Origin: an uncultured Pseudomonadota bacterium
Lineage (GTDB): Bacteria > Oederibacteriota > Muellerivitia > Muellerivitales > Muellerivitaceae
Reading direction: 5' to 3'
DNA length: 64,000 bases
Assembly (NCBI GenBank): GCA_963770835.1
Contig: CAVYRH010000010.1
Span: 32,001-96,000 of the forward strand
The number at the start of each line of letters is the position of its first letter. The stretch's first letter is position 1. Under the pieces are notes generated by a model that worked only from the letters and a program-made list of their open reading frames with translations, made no database searches and was not told where the DNA came from. Positions 21,276 to 31,111 of this stretch are shown one piece after another. A program made the position numbers and the translations under genes.

Positions 21276-21666
21276 AAGTTATAAACCATCGACAAAAGAA
21301 ACATCGGGGAAATTAACTGCGAAAGCCCCTATGGAAGTTCCTTTTAGTTTTAGTTGTGGCTTCAATCACTTTAAACTTGACGGCTTATTTACTTTAGAAT
21401 TTCCCGATATTGATGCCAAAGTAGAATATAGAAATGGAACAATTAAAAAAGGCAGTTGGCCTGAAGTGAATCACAATTTTAATGACCCCGGTTCGGGTTC
21501 TTAAGCCTATCAGTGAAAACCCAATAACCTTCTCTTCGTTGGCTAATTTAGCCTTTTTTCAGGTTGATAATGTTACTGTCAACCCCCGCCCGTTTGATTA
21601 AAATACCCATCCTGACTCCAATTCCGCGAACGACGCTTTCCAACCCCGATTGAACCCAGGTGGGCC

Positions 21667-24600
21667 TTGCTGAGAAAAGACGACAAAATCCAAAAAAAGG
21701 TATTCCCCTACGAGTTCCCGGTGGAGCTCGAAACCCGGGCCCATGGCAACGTGGTGGCCCGCTGCCCGCTTTTACCCGGCTGCCAGGCCCAGGGCAAGAC
21801 CCCCAAGGAAGCTCTCGAACAGCTTAAGAATGCCCTGGACCTCTACTTCACCTCGGCCACGCCCGCCTTTTTTGAAAGCCTGGAACAATTCAAGGACATT
21901 CCCAACCTCTATGACCTGACGGAGTTCCGGGGAATCCTCTACGCCGCCACGGGGCAGGACTCGGTCCTCAAATCCTCAAGCGGCGCGCCGGGGTCCTGGA
22001 AAAAGGTTCCCGTCACCAGCAATCCCACCAAATTCTTCACCCCCGGGGCCAAGGGCAAGGAAGCCTCGGGGGATTACACCACGCAGGTTTACTGCCTCTG
22101 CTCCTACGCCCCGCCGGGCAAGGAAGCCATCCTTTTCGCCGGAACCAACCTGAACGGCGCGGTTTACCAGACGACGGACGGGGAAACCTGGCGCGACGCT
22201 TTTTCCACCGGGGAGGACCGCATCCACGCCCTTTGCGAGTTCAAGGGCCGCCTTTACGCGGGCACCAGCTCCCAGGGCAAGGTTTACGCCTATGACGGGG
22301 TCCAGTGGAACAATGTGGGGTCGCTTAGCGAAGTGGCGGTGACCTGCCTGGGGGTCTTCAACGGCCGACTCTACGCGGGCACCTATCCCAGCGGGCTCCT
22401 CTTCTCCACCCCCGACGGGTTGAACTGGGAGGAAGTGAGCGCCACGGGCCAGAACTTCATCCAGTGCCTCCAGGAATTCAACGGCGCCTTCTACGCCGGC
22501 ACCTCCAGCCCCAAGGGCGTCAAGGTCTTCCGTACGGAAAACGGCGTGGACTGGGCCCTGGCCTACGAAACCACCCGGGAGCTCAACCTCTACTGCATGG
22601 AAGTTTTCGAGAACGCCCTTTACGCCGGGACGGGCAACTCAGGGCGCATCCTCAAGACCCTGGACGGCGTGGATTGGTCCACCGCCTACGCGGGCGACCA
22701 GGAGGGGGTTCGGGCCTTCACGATCTTCGGGGACTACCTTTACGCCGGCACCGAGAACAACGGGGCCATCCTGCGCTCCACCTTCGACATGGCCCGCATG
22801 CCCGCGCTCTCGGACCTGAGGGTGGAAAAGCTCACTTCCAGCAGCGCGCTCATCACCTGGACCACGGACATCTCGGCCACCTCCGAGGTGCATTACGGCG
22901 CCAAGGGCCAGGGGACCGAACTGGCGAAGGTGGTGATGGACAAGAGCTTGGAGCTTTACCACCGCCTGCACCTGACCGACCTGGTATCCGAGACCGAGTA
23001 CGAGTTCAAGGTGGTGAGCGCCTACCGTACTTCCTCCCTCGCGGTCAGCGGCACCTCTTCCTTCCAAACCCCGGCGGTCCCGCCCCCGGCCATCACTTCC
23101 CCCAGCCACCCCCAACCGGGAAAGTGGGAAAAATCCAGCGACATCGAGATCCTGCTGCATCCAACCGTCCCCCTGGCGGGCTACCACTATCTTTTGAACC
23201 ACTACCCCGAAACCGTCCCGGCCCCGCCCGAGGCCTCCTTCACGCAGGATAAGCGCATCGCCTTCTCGGGGACGGCCCAGGGAACCTGGTATTTCCACGT
23301 GGTGGGCGAGGATGAGGCGGGCAACATCGGAAGCGAAGCCTCCCATTACAAAATTCTTTTGGATACCGAAGCCGCCCCGCCCCAGCGCCCGCAAAGCCCG
23401 ACCCACCCGGACCCGGAAAAATGGGTGGCCGACCCCACGCCCGTCCTCGCCTGGGAAGCGCCCAAGGACCTATCCGGCGTGAAGGGCTACTATGTCAAAG
23501 CCGACCACGAGCCCAACACGGTGCCCGGCCCGGGCACGGGAGAATTCACCCAGGAAACGCGCCTCACCCTGGGCCCCCTGGAGGACGGGCTTTGGTACGT
23601 CCACGTGTCCACCCTGGACGAGGCGGGGAACGCCGGCCAGGAAGCCGCCCATTACCCCCTGCGCATTGACACCAAAGCCCTGGCGCCGGCCCTTTCCTCG
23701 CCCAGCCATCCCCAGGGCGAACAGTGGTATTCCAATAAGAAGGTCGAAGTGGCCTTCCTCCCTCCCCACGACCTCTCGGGAATCGAAGGCTATTACTACT
23801 GCATCGACCACGAACCCATGACCCTCCCGGACCCGGATTCGGCCCTCTTTACCGACAAGCCCCAGGCGGTCTTCGAGGAAGTGGAGGACGGCCAATGGTT
23901 CGTCCACGCGCGCACCAAGGACAAGGCGGAAAACCTCTCGCCGCAGGCGGGCCACTTGAAGGTCTGCGTCGACACGCTGGTCTCGCCGCCGAAGGTTTCC
24001 TCACCCAGCCATCCGGTTGAGACAACCTTTGCGGGTTCGGCCGATTCACCACAGGGCGCCCCGGTTCCGTCCGGCCGCTGGTACCGCAACCGCCGGGTGG
24101 TCATCCAATGGGAGGACCCCTTCGAGCACTCGGGCATCGAGGGCTATTACTACAACATCGACCGCAAGGCCGACACGGTGCCCAACGCAGAAAACTCACT
24201 TTTCACCCGCGAGCGCAGCGTTTCCTTCGAGCTCACCGACGACGGCCTGTGGTATTTCCACATCACCACCAAGGACAAGGCGGGCAACGTGGATTGGAAG
24301 GCCGTCCACTACCCCCTGCGCGTGGATACGGTCGCGGCCAGGCCCTTTCTCTCCTCCCCCAGCCATCCGGACCAGGAGCAGTGGTATTCAACCCCCAAGG
24401 CCGTCTTCAAGCTCGCGGCGCCGGACGATCTTTCGGGCATCACGGGCTTCTATTACAACTTCTCCGAGGACCCGAAAGCCGCGCCCGATCCCAAGACCTC
24501 CACCTTCACCGCCCAAAACGAAATCACCCTGGACATCCCCCGTGACGGGGTCCACACCCTCTCCGTCATCTGCCAGGACGCGGCAGGCAACACCTCCAAG

Positions 24601-27300
24601 GAAACAGCCCTCTTCAAGGTGCGCCTGGACACCACGGTGGAAACCCCCATAGTGGTTTCGCCCAGCCACCCGAACCCGCAAGCCTGGTACGCCTCGCGCC
24701 GCGTGGAACTGACCTGGAAGGATCCGGCGGACCTCTCCGGCATCGACGGCTATTACTACCTCTTAAACGCCGAGGAACATTGGAAGGCGGAATTAAAGGA
24801 AATGGCCTGGACGACCGCCCGGGGCACGGTTTTGACGCTTCCCGAGGACGGGATCTGGTTTTTCCACCTTCTGGCCAAGGACCACGCCGGCAACACCGGC
24901 GCCTGCGCGGACTTCAAGATCCAAGTGGATTCCAAGGCCGTGGCCCCGGAAGTGAAAAGCCCCACCCATCCCCCCCGGCAATGGGTCAAACTCTCCACGC
25001 CCAAATTCATGTGGGACGCGCCCAGCGAATCCGCCGGGGTGGAAGGCTACTACGTAGCCTTGGACAGCAAGCCCCACACCATCCCCGGGCCGGGCAACGG
25101 CAAGTGGATCACCGAAACTTCCTTAACCGCCCCCTCCTTGAAAGACGGCAAGTGGTTCTTCCACGTCACCACCAAGGACCTGGTGGGGAACCTCAGCAAG
25201 GAAGCGGCCCATTACCCCGTCTTGATCGACACCCAGCCCCCGAAGTCCCAGGTGAAGCCCATGGCCCCGCTCCTGGACAAGACCCAGGTTTACGTGGAAT
25301 GGAGCGCCTCCGACCCGAACGCCGAAATCGCCGGGTACGACGTGCAGGTGAAGACCGACAACGGGCCCTGGGGCGACTGGCTTTCCAACACCTCCGCCAC
25401 CTCGGGGGTTTTCCCCGGGGCCGACGGCAAGCGTTACGCCTTCCGCGTGAGGGCCAAGGACAGCGCGGACAACGTGGAAAATTACCCCGAGGGGGAGATG
25501 GCCTACACCACGGTGGATATCGGGCCGCCGCCTTCCGTGAACCAGCTCAAGGCGACCCCCAAGGCGCTCGGGGACATCGAGCTCAAGTGGAACCCGGTGG
25601 AAGACCGGGTCTCGGGCACGGACTATTACCGCGTCTACCGCTGGCTGGAGAACGAACCGAAGGCCAAGATCTCCGCCGACGGAGAAGTGAAAAAGACGGA
25701 ATTCCTCGACAAGGGCGCGGGGCTCAAGGAAAACACGGTTTATTACTATTGCGTCCAGGCCGTGGACAAGATGGGCAACGAACAGCACGAGGGAAACACC
25801 ACCGCCGCCGCCCTCTCGGACCACGGCGTGGGCACGCCGGTGGTCACCAGCCCCACCCATTCCAGCGACGACTGGAGCTCGAGGAACGCGGCCATTCTCA
25901 CCTGGGACGCCCCGGCGGATTCCACCGGCATCGCCGGCTACTATTACCTTTTGGACCAAAGCCCCAATTCCCGGCCCACGCCGGAAAACGGCACCTTCGT
26001 GGACAACCGCCGGGTGGAACTCTCCGGGCTCGAAAGCGGCATCTGGTATTTCCACCTGACCGCCAAGGACCGGGCGGAAAACTTGAGCGAGCCCGCGGCC
26101 CATTACCGCCTGAGGATCGACGTTTCCAGGCCCGCCGCGCCCCAGGTCACCTCCCCCAGCCACCCCGATTCCCAAAGGTGGTACGACTCGGCCAAGCCCG
26201 AGTTCCACCTGTCGCCGGCCGCCAAGCTCTCGGGCGTGGAGGCCTTCTATTACGTTTTCGACCGCAACCCCGACACCGTCCCGGTCCCCAACGAGGCGCT
26301 GCGCACCAACGAGGAGTCGGTGGCTTTGAAGGCCTCCGATCCCGGCGCCTGGTTCTTCCACGCGGTAGTGAAGGATAGGGCGGGCAATTTTTCCGAGCCC
26401 ACCCACTTCACGGTTTTGATCGCCGCCGGGGAAATGCCCCCGCCGGTGCTCTCCAGCCCCAGCCATCCCATGGAAGACGAGTGGGTGAGCAACCACGACC
26501 CCCTCTTCACCTGGGAGGACCGCCACGACGGCAGCTTTAAGCCCGCGGGCTATGTCTACAAGTTGAGCCCCAACCCGGTGGAAACCCTGACCTCTGAAGA
26601 TAACTTCACCGCCGAAAAATCCGTACAACTCAAGGAAGTGGGCGACGGGGTTTGGTATTTCCACATCGCGGCGGTCGGGAAGAAGGGGACCCCCGGCCCC
26701 TTGAGTTCCCGCCGGAAGCTGGCCATCCAGCGACTGGGCAAGGTTTACGGCTCTTTCGTCCGTAAGGACGGGTTGACCGCGATTTCCGGGACCAAGGTGG
26801 AAATGGCCAAGGGGGACAAGGTGGTGGCCACGGCTGTGACCGACTCCAAGGGCTTTTTCAATTTCTCCAGCCTGCCCGAGGGCCGCTATGAGGTGCGGCT
26901 CCATAGCGACCAGTACCCGGTTTTGCGCCTTAAGGATATCGCCATCACCCAGGAAGAAGGCCTGGCGGGGGTTACCTTCACGGAGGACATGGGCCTCTTC
27001 CCGGCGCCCCCCGTGTCCGGGCCACTGCGCTTTTACTATTTCCTGAAGGAAGACTGCAACGTGACGCTGGAGGTTTTCGACTCCACCGGCGCCCTGACGG
27101 GCAAGGTGGAGGAAAAGCGGGAAGGCGGGGCCTACGCGGTGACCATCTGGGACGCGGCGGGCAAGGCGGAAGGGGAGTACCTCTACAAGCTTTCGGCCAA
27201 GAGCATTACCAAGAACACCATGTCGCGGTTCGCGGTGAAGAAGTTCCGCATCCAGAAGAGTTCCAAAGAAGCTGCCCCCCAGCCCCAGCCGGTTTCTTAA
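21667..27300 (+). CDS. 1877-aa protein: HicB-like N-domain, beta-propeller, FN3, ten ~100-aa Ig-like repeats, carboxypeptidase-regulatory-like and FlgD-Ig-like C-terminal domains
   Basis: VARCPLLPGCQAQGKTPKEALEQLKNAL (HicB-like); FxGxLYAGT...DG..W blades; SP(S/T)H...W...SG(I/V).GYYY...DG.W(Y/F)FH...D.AGN repeats. Confidence 0.8.
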   Translation: MLRKDDKIQKKVFPYEFPVELETRAHGNVVARCPLLPGCQAQGKTPKEALEQLKNALDLYFTSATPAFFESLEQFKDIPNLYDLTEFRGILYAATGQDSVLKSSSGAPGSWKKVPVTSNPTKFFTPGAKGKEASGDYTTQVYCLCSYAPPGKEAILFAGTNLNGAVYQTTDGETWRDAFSTGEDRIHALCEFKGRLYAGTSSQGKVYAYDGVQWNNVGSLSEVAVTCLGVFNGRLYAGTYPSGLLFSTPDGLNWEEVSATGQNFIQCLQEFNGAFYAGTSSPKGVKVFRTENGVDWALAYETTRELNLYCMEVFENALYAGTGNSGRILKTLDGVDWSTAYAGDQEGVRAFTIFGDYLYAGTENNGAILRSTFDMARMPALSDLRVEKLTSSSALITWTTDISATSEVHYGAKGQGTELAKVVMDKSLELYHRLHLTDLVSETEYEFKVVSAYRTSSLAVSGTSSFQTPAVPPPAITSPSHPQPGKWEKSSDIEILLHPTVPLAGYHYLLNHYPETVPAPPEASFTQDKRIAFSGTAQGTWYFHVVGEDEAGNIGSEASHYKILLDTEAAPPQRPQSPTHPDPEKWVADPTPVLAWEAPKDLSGVKGYYVKADHEPNTVPGPGTGEFTQETRLTLGPLEDGLWYVHVSTLDEAGNAGQEAAHYPLRIDTKALAPALSSPSHPQGEQWYSNKKVEVAFLPPHDLSGIEGYYYCIDHEPMTLPDPDSALFTDKPQAVFEEVEDGQWFVHARTKDKAENLSPQAGHLKVCVDTLVSPPKVSSPSHPVETTFAGSADSPQGAPVPSGRWYRNRRVVIQWEDPFEHSGIEGYYYNIDRKADTVPNAENSLFTRERSVSFELTDDGLWYFHITTKDKAGNVDWKAVHYPLRVDTVAARPFLSSPSHPDQEQWYSTPKAVFKLAAPDDLSGITGFYYNFSEDPKAAPDPKTSTFTAQNEITLDIPRDGVHTLSVICQDAAGNTSKETALFKVRLDTTVETPIVVSPSHPNPQAWYASRRVELTWKDPADLSGIDGYYYLLNAEEHWKAELKEMAWTTARGTVLTLPEDGIWFFHLLAKDHAGNTGACADFKIQVDSKAVAPEVKSPTHPPRQWVKLSTPKFMWDAPSESAGVEGYYVALDSKPHTIPGPGNGKWITETSLTAPSLKDGKWFFHVTTKDLVGNLSKEAAHYPVLIDTQPPKSQVKPMAPLLDKTQVYVEWSASDPNAEIAGYDVQVKTDNGPWGDWLSNTSATSGVFPGADGKRYAFRVRAKDSADNVENYPEGEMAYTTVDIGPPPSVNQLKATPKALGDIELKWNPVEDRVSGTDYYRVYRWLENEPKAKISADGEVKKTEFLDKGAGLKENTVYYYCVQAVDKMGNEQHEGNTTAAALSDHGVGTPVVTSPTHSSDDWSSRNAAILTWDAPADSTGIAGYYYLLDQSPNSRPTPENGTFVDNRRVELSGLESGIWYFHLTAKDRAENLSEPAAHYRLRIDVSRPAAPQVTSPSHPDSQRWYDSAKPEFHLSPAAKLSGVEAFYYVFDRNPDTVPVPNEALRTNEESVALKASDPGAWFFHAVVKDRAGNFSEPTHFTVLIAAGEMPPPVLSSPSHPMEDEWVSNHDPLFTWEDRHDGSFKPAGYVYKLSPNPVETLTSEDNFTAEKSVQLKEVGDGVWYFHIAAVGKKGTPGPLSSRRKLAIQRLGKVYGSFVRKDGLTAISGTKVEMAKGDKVVATAVTDSKGFFNFSSLPEGRYEVRLHSDQYPVLRLKDIAITQEEGLAGVTFTEDMGLFPAPPVSGPLRFYYFLKEDCNVTLEVFDSTGALTGKVEEKREGGAYAVTIWDAAGKAEGEYLYKLSAKSITKNTMSRFAVKKFRIQKSSKEAAPQPQPVS

Positions 27301-27393
27301 AAGCAGTTCGCAGTCGGCAGTCTGCGGCTGGCAGTTAAGGCTTAAAATAAGTACCTGCGAACAGCGAACCGCCGGCTGCAACCTGTCTTTACC

Positions 27394-27422
27394 TTGACTA
27401 AATAAGTTTGCCTCGGTACCAT
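27394..27422 (+). promoter_or_regulatory. Sigma70-type promoter for tRNA-Asp
   Basis: TTGACT-17 bp-TACCAT about 90 bp upstream of the tRNA. Confidence 0.65.
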
Positions 27423-27514
27423 ACGTCCTCGTTTCGCTTCCCTTAAAGGGGGCCCCGCAAGGGGTTCGTGACAAAGCGAAGGAAGTTCCTTCCTGCTTTT
27501 TCCATTTCCTGCGA

Positions 27515-27592
27515 GGGGTTGTAGCTCAGTTTGGTTAGAGCGCCTGCCTGTCACGCAGGAGGTCGCGGGTTCGAGCCCCGTCAACCCCGCCA
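27515..27592 (+). tRNA. tRNA-Asp (GTC)
   Basis: Acceptor GGGGTTG/CAACCCC, D arm GCTC..GAGC, anticodon loop CTGTCAC, T loop TTCGAGC, encoded CCA. Confidence 0.97.
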
Positions 27593-27612
27593 TTTTAAAT
27601 TTCATTGTCACC

Positions 27613-27676
27613 AGCGCATTTCAAATGCCTTTGCCTGTAAGGGTTTCACAACCCGGAAGGCAAAGGCATTTTTTTT
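27613..27676 (+). terminator. Island-supplied terminator after tRNA-Asp
   Basis: AAATGCCTTTGCCT...AGGCAAAGGCATTT followed by a T run. Confidence 0.7.
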
Positions 27677-27680
27677 GATG

Positions 27681-27914
27681 GGACGGTCAAGGATGGTCAA
27701 CGGCGGTCAAAAACGGTCAAAGATGGTCGAATAGGACTCCAATAGGACACTGGAAAAAATCCTAGAAACCGCCAAACTTCCCAAAACCTCCTACCGCTTC
27801 GGCATGAGGTCGTGGGCAAAAGTTTTTTCATAACCTCCTGACTTTTTAGAGGTTGGCCGCAAAAAGAGGCCTTTTTCGATACAAACCCCTTTGAAGTCCT
27901 ATTCGTGTCCTATT
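27681..27914. repeat. Putative Xis and integrase arm-type binding repeats at the left att site
   Basis: Five 10-bp tandem units NNNYGGTCRA (27681-27730); AATAGGAC pair at 27730/27741; inverted pair GTCCTATT at 27896/27907. Confidence 0.65.
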
Positions 27915-27962
27915 TAGCCGGGTTGCCGGGCCGATAGCGATGGCTCAATTAAAACTAAACCT

Positions 27963-30310
27963 TCAATGGGCCGAATCCATCATCCCCAACGACCGGTAGG
28001 TTTTCTGCCTGCGCCAAGCCATTTTTTTGAGGACTGGCACGAAATCGTCCAAATAGTCATAAACCACGGCGTTCATTTTTCCCTCATGAGCCCGCTGGAT
28101 TCTTCCCAAGTATTGGATAAGTTTTCCCTTGAAGGAAATGGGAAACGACAAGAAAAGGGTATCCAGCTTAGGACAGTCGAAACCTTCCCCCAGGTATTGG
28201 CCGGTGGCCACCAGCAGGATTTCGGCGTCAGGCGGCGCTTCCATAACCCCTTGGATAATGGCCGCCCGTTCTTTTTTTCCAATATCGCCGGTTAAAAGCT
28301 TAGGTGATTTCCCGGTTTCTTTCAGCAGCTCCGCCAACCTATGGCAGTGCTCCTTGCGCTGGCTCAACACCAAACATTTCCGGCCTTCCGCGAGGGCCTG
28401 CACCACATCCTCAACAATCATCCGGTTTCGGGCCTCATCCTGGGCTAAAGCCTGAAAAATCCCTTGGATGGAAAATTCCTCGTTGGCTTGTTCAAACCGA
28501 AAGTTAGTGGGCCGGATTTTGAGAGCGGTTTGCAAGCCCTCTTTAGTTTCGGCCATTCGATATCGCAGGGGGCCGCATTGCATGAAAATCAAGTCTTGAA
28601 GCCCGTCACGGCGGATGGGGGTGGCGGTTAGCCCCAACACATACCGAACCGGGGCTTGTTTGACGTACTGCTCGAAGGATACGGCGGGCAAAACATGGCA
28701 CTCGTCCACAAGGATGAAGCCATATCGCGAGAAGAATTCCCTCAAGTCCTCCATCCGTTTAAGACTCTGGATCATGGCTAAATCGATGGTTCCGGTTTGA
28801 GCGTTTCCTGCCCCCACCGACTTGGCCGATTTGACGTGGTTTCAACCCCAACATTTTTTTCAATTGGGCGCGCCACTGGTCCAGGATGGGTTTGCGGTGG
28901 GAAAGGATAAGGGTGGGCTGGTTGCGGCGGGACACGGCATAACAACCCATTACGGTCTTACCGGCTCCCGGAGGCGCGACCAATACCCCCGTTTCATGGC
29001 GCAATACCTCACGCATGGCCTTTTCCTGGTTGGAGGTCAATTCACCCTGGAACTTCAACTTCAAGGGATCATGGGCCAGCCGGGTATCTTTTATCTCCAC
29101 TGAACTCCCGGCCTCTTCCAATATCTTCCTCAAATCCTCCAAAGTGCCGCGTGGGAAATGGAGATAAGCCGCGTCTTCCCCATAGCACCGAATGAATCGT
29201 GGAATTCCATAAGTGGAGAAGCGCATATTTTGCCGCTCATAAAAAACGGGATTGTGTAGGGAAGCCAAATGCTTGAGTTGGGATAACAGCCAGGGTGGTA
29301 TACCGGATTTTTCAACGCCGAGGGAAGCGTCCAAGACACAGCGGATTAAGGATGGCGCGGGATACTTTTTCTTGAGAACCGGGGAAACGGTCTTTGCTGT
29401 TGTTTGTGCGCCTACTTCAATGGGCGGAATCTTTTCCAACAGGGCTGATAATTGAGCGGCGTTTAACCGCCTGACAGAACTTAAGAACGCCCACTGATCG
29501 GGATAAGGGGTTCAAATCCGTACTTCCCGAATTCAGGAATTCCGTGCAACCCATTTCACGGCGCTGTTTTTGGAGTGGAAGGGCGATCAAGTTTCCAAAA
29601 CCGCCCCTGGGCATGAAATCCTGATTTGGAAAAAACCTGTCGTAACTGGCTAAATCCACCTCGGCCCTTTTTTCCATGGTGTCCCGCAGGAGGCGCAGGC
29701 CCAGTTGCCGGGCGGAAACGGCTTGGACAGGCGTGGAAAAGAAAACCCAAGCGTGCCCGCCATTCCCTGAACGGGATTTTTCTAGGTAGGCCGGAATGCC
29801 GTAGGAAGCGCAGGATTGCAGGTAGGCCAGTGAGTCCAATTCCCAACCGGCTTTGTCGAAATCGCAGGCAAGGAACCAACAGGTGTTTTCCTTGAGTAGC
29901 GGATAAACACCGATGGTTTTCTTTCCGGACAAATGGTCTTGAACCACTTGGTCGGTCAAAGGCAGGTACTTCTTGGGCTTTCCCTTTCCTGCCCAGGGGT
30001 TCTCACAGGCCGGGGAATAGCCTTTCTTGCCGGTTGTCTGGTTCATCCACAAAAGCGGATACACATCATCCCGTCCCTTAAAGAGAATGCGAAACAGGCT
30101 TATCTTGTTCTGGTTGGAAGAATGGGAATCCACTTTCGGTAAAGGCTCGGTCTGCAAAGGAGGGGGTGGAGGCGCTTCATCGGTATACTCAGCGGGAGAT
30201 TCTTGGGCGGCAAGCACAGGTCCTTGGGGTAAGCCCAGACGGTTCTTTAGCTCCGCATTTTCCAGGCGTAATCGTTCTATTTCCTTGAGGGCTTCTTCCA
30301 ATTCGGACAC
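27963..30310 (-). pseudogene. AEP primase-like (TOTE-type) domain fused to SF2 DEAD/DEAH helicase; three ORF pieces joined by two +1 indels (781 aa if repaired)
   Basis: LFKGRDDVY, GVYPLL...CWFLACDFD, EKSRSGNGGHAWVFF, GNLIALPLQ; Walker A APPGAGKT; DECH, GLTATP, EGFDCP.LD, QYLGRIQR. Indels at ~29507 and ~28805. Confidence 0.85.
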
Positions 30311-30322
30311 AGCAACCTCATT

Positions 30323-31111
30323 TCACAAAAGCGCCAAAAGCCGCTCCGAAACTATTTTGTCCGCTTGAGCCGCATCGTAATCGGAGGCGGGAGCCAGCAG
30401 CGGCCTCAAATCATTGTGGAACAGGTCCATTTCCATTTTGGATTCCAGGTTCCTTTTAAACATGGCACCGGTGATTTTGGCTTCCTCATAATCCATGTAG
30501 CGTTTGAAAGCTTTGACGATCTTACTGGCATCCGTTCCTTTCATTTCCAGGCCCATCCACAGGTCGAATAGGTCGCGGCCCTTCCGGCGCTGATAAAGGG
30601 CCCGGAGCTTTGTCCCCAGGAGTTCTTCCAGCGTATAAGTTTTGATATTGGCCTCCCCATCAAACCAGCCCGATTTGACACCGAATTTCCTCTCAATGAC
30701 CCCAAACACATCGAAATGCTCCCGGCTGTTGATCTCCACCTTTAGCTTGAGAGGCGTTACCGGAGGGTTTTCCGACTGCATGCGGTACAGCAGGGTCACG
30801 GTTCCAGGGTTCCTTTCCCGGCGGGGCTTGCCTAACAAGGGGTCCAAACGGTCGCGCAACCCGTCCAGGATGGGGCCGATAGGGCCTTCCGTATGCTGAA
30901 CCAGGTCAATGTCTTCCGAATAACGAAAGGGCTTGTCCGCGTAAAGCTTGTGAAGCGCCGTGCCGCCCCTTAAGACCAAGCTATTGGAAACCCTGTCATC
31001 CCGGAATATCTCCACCAAGGCACGGCTAAGGATTAAATCCTGCTCCACTTGGGAGTCCAGGAACCAGGGGGCGGCATTCCGCCAATCTAAAATGAAATTT
31101 TGTTGGATCAT
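30323..31111 (-). CDS. abiEii: AbiEii/AbiGii-family nucleotidyltransferase toxin (type IV TA)
   Basis: QVEQDLILSRAL, LRGGTALHKLY, RYSEDIDL, LKVEIN, TKLRALYQRRKGRDLFDL. Confidence 0.9.
   Translation of the reverse strand: MIQQNFILDWRNAAPWFLDSQVEQDLILSRALVEIFRDDRVSNSLVLRGGTALHKLYADKPFRYSEDIDLVQHTEGPIGPILDGLRDRLDPLLGKPRRERNPGTVTLLYRMQSENPPVTPLKLKVEINSREHFDVFGVIERKFGVKSGWFDGEANIKTYTLEELLGTKLRALYQRRKGRDLFDLWMGLEMKGTDASKIVKAFKRYMDYEEAKITGAMFKRNLESKMEMDLFHNDLRPLLAPASDYDAAQADKIVSERLLALL

Larger units (their letters stand above)
17947..21504 (+). pseudogene. AT-rich exported kelch-repeat + MORN-variant protein interrupted by IS5 (5' part 17947-20104, 3' part 21281-21504)
   Basis: Signal-like N-terminus; kelch units (WIIGG..NDVW.S.DG..W); MORN-like WYENGQ repeats; removing the IS and one TSD restores an open frame of 74 more codons to TAA 21502-21504. 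Confidence 0.8.

Noticed and set aside
25123..27474. 783-aa minus-strand ORF and other long antisense or alternate-frame ORFs (e.g. 24780-26378, 15691-16614, 47551-48687, 50096-51175)
   Set aside because: Shadows of GC3-biased real genes with no motifs of their own.
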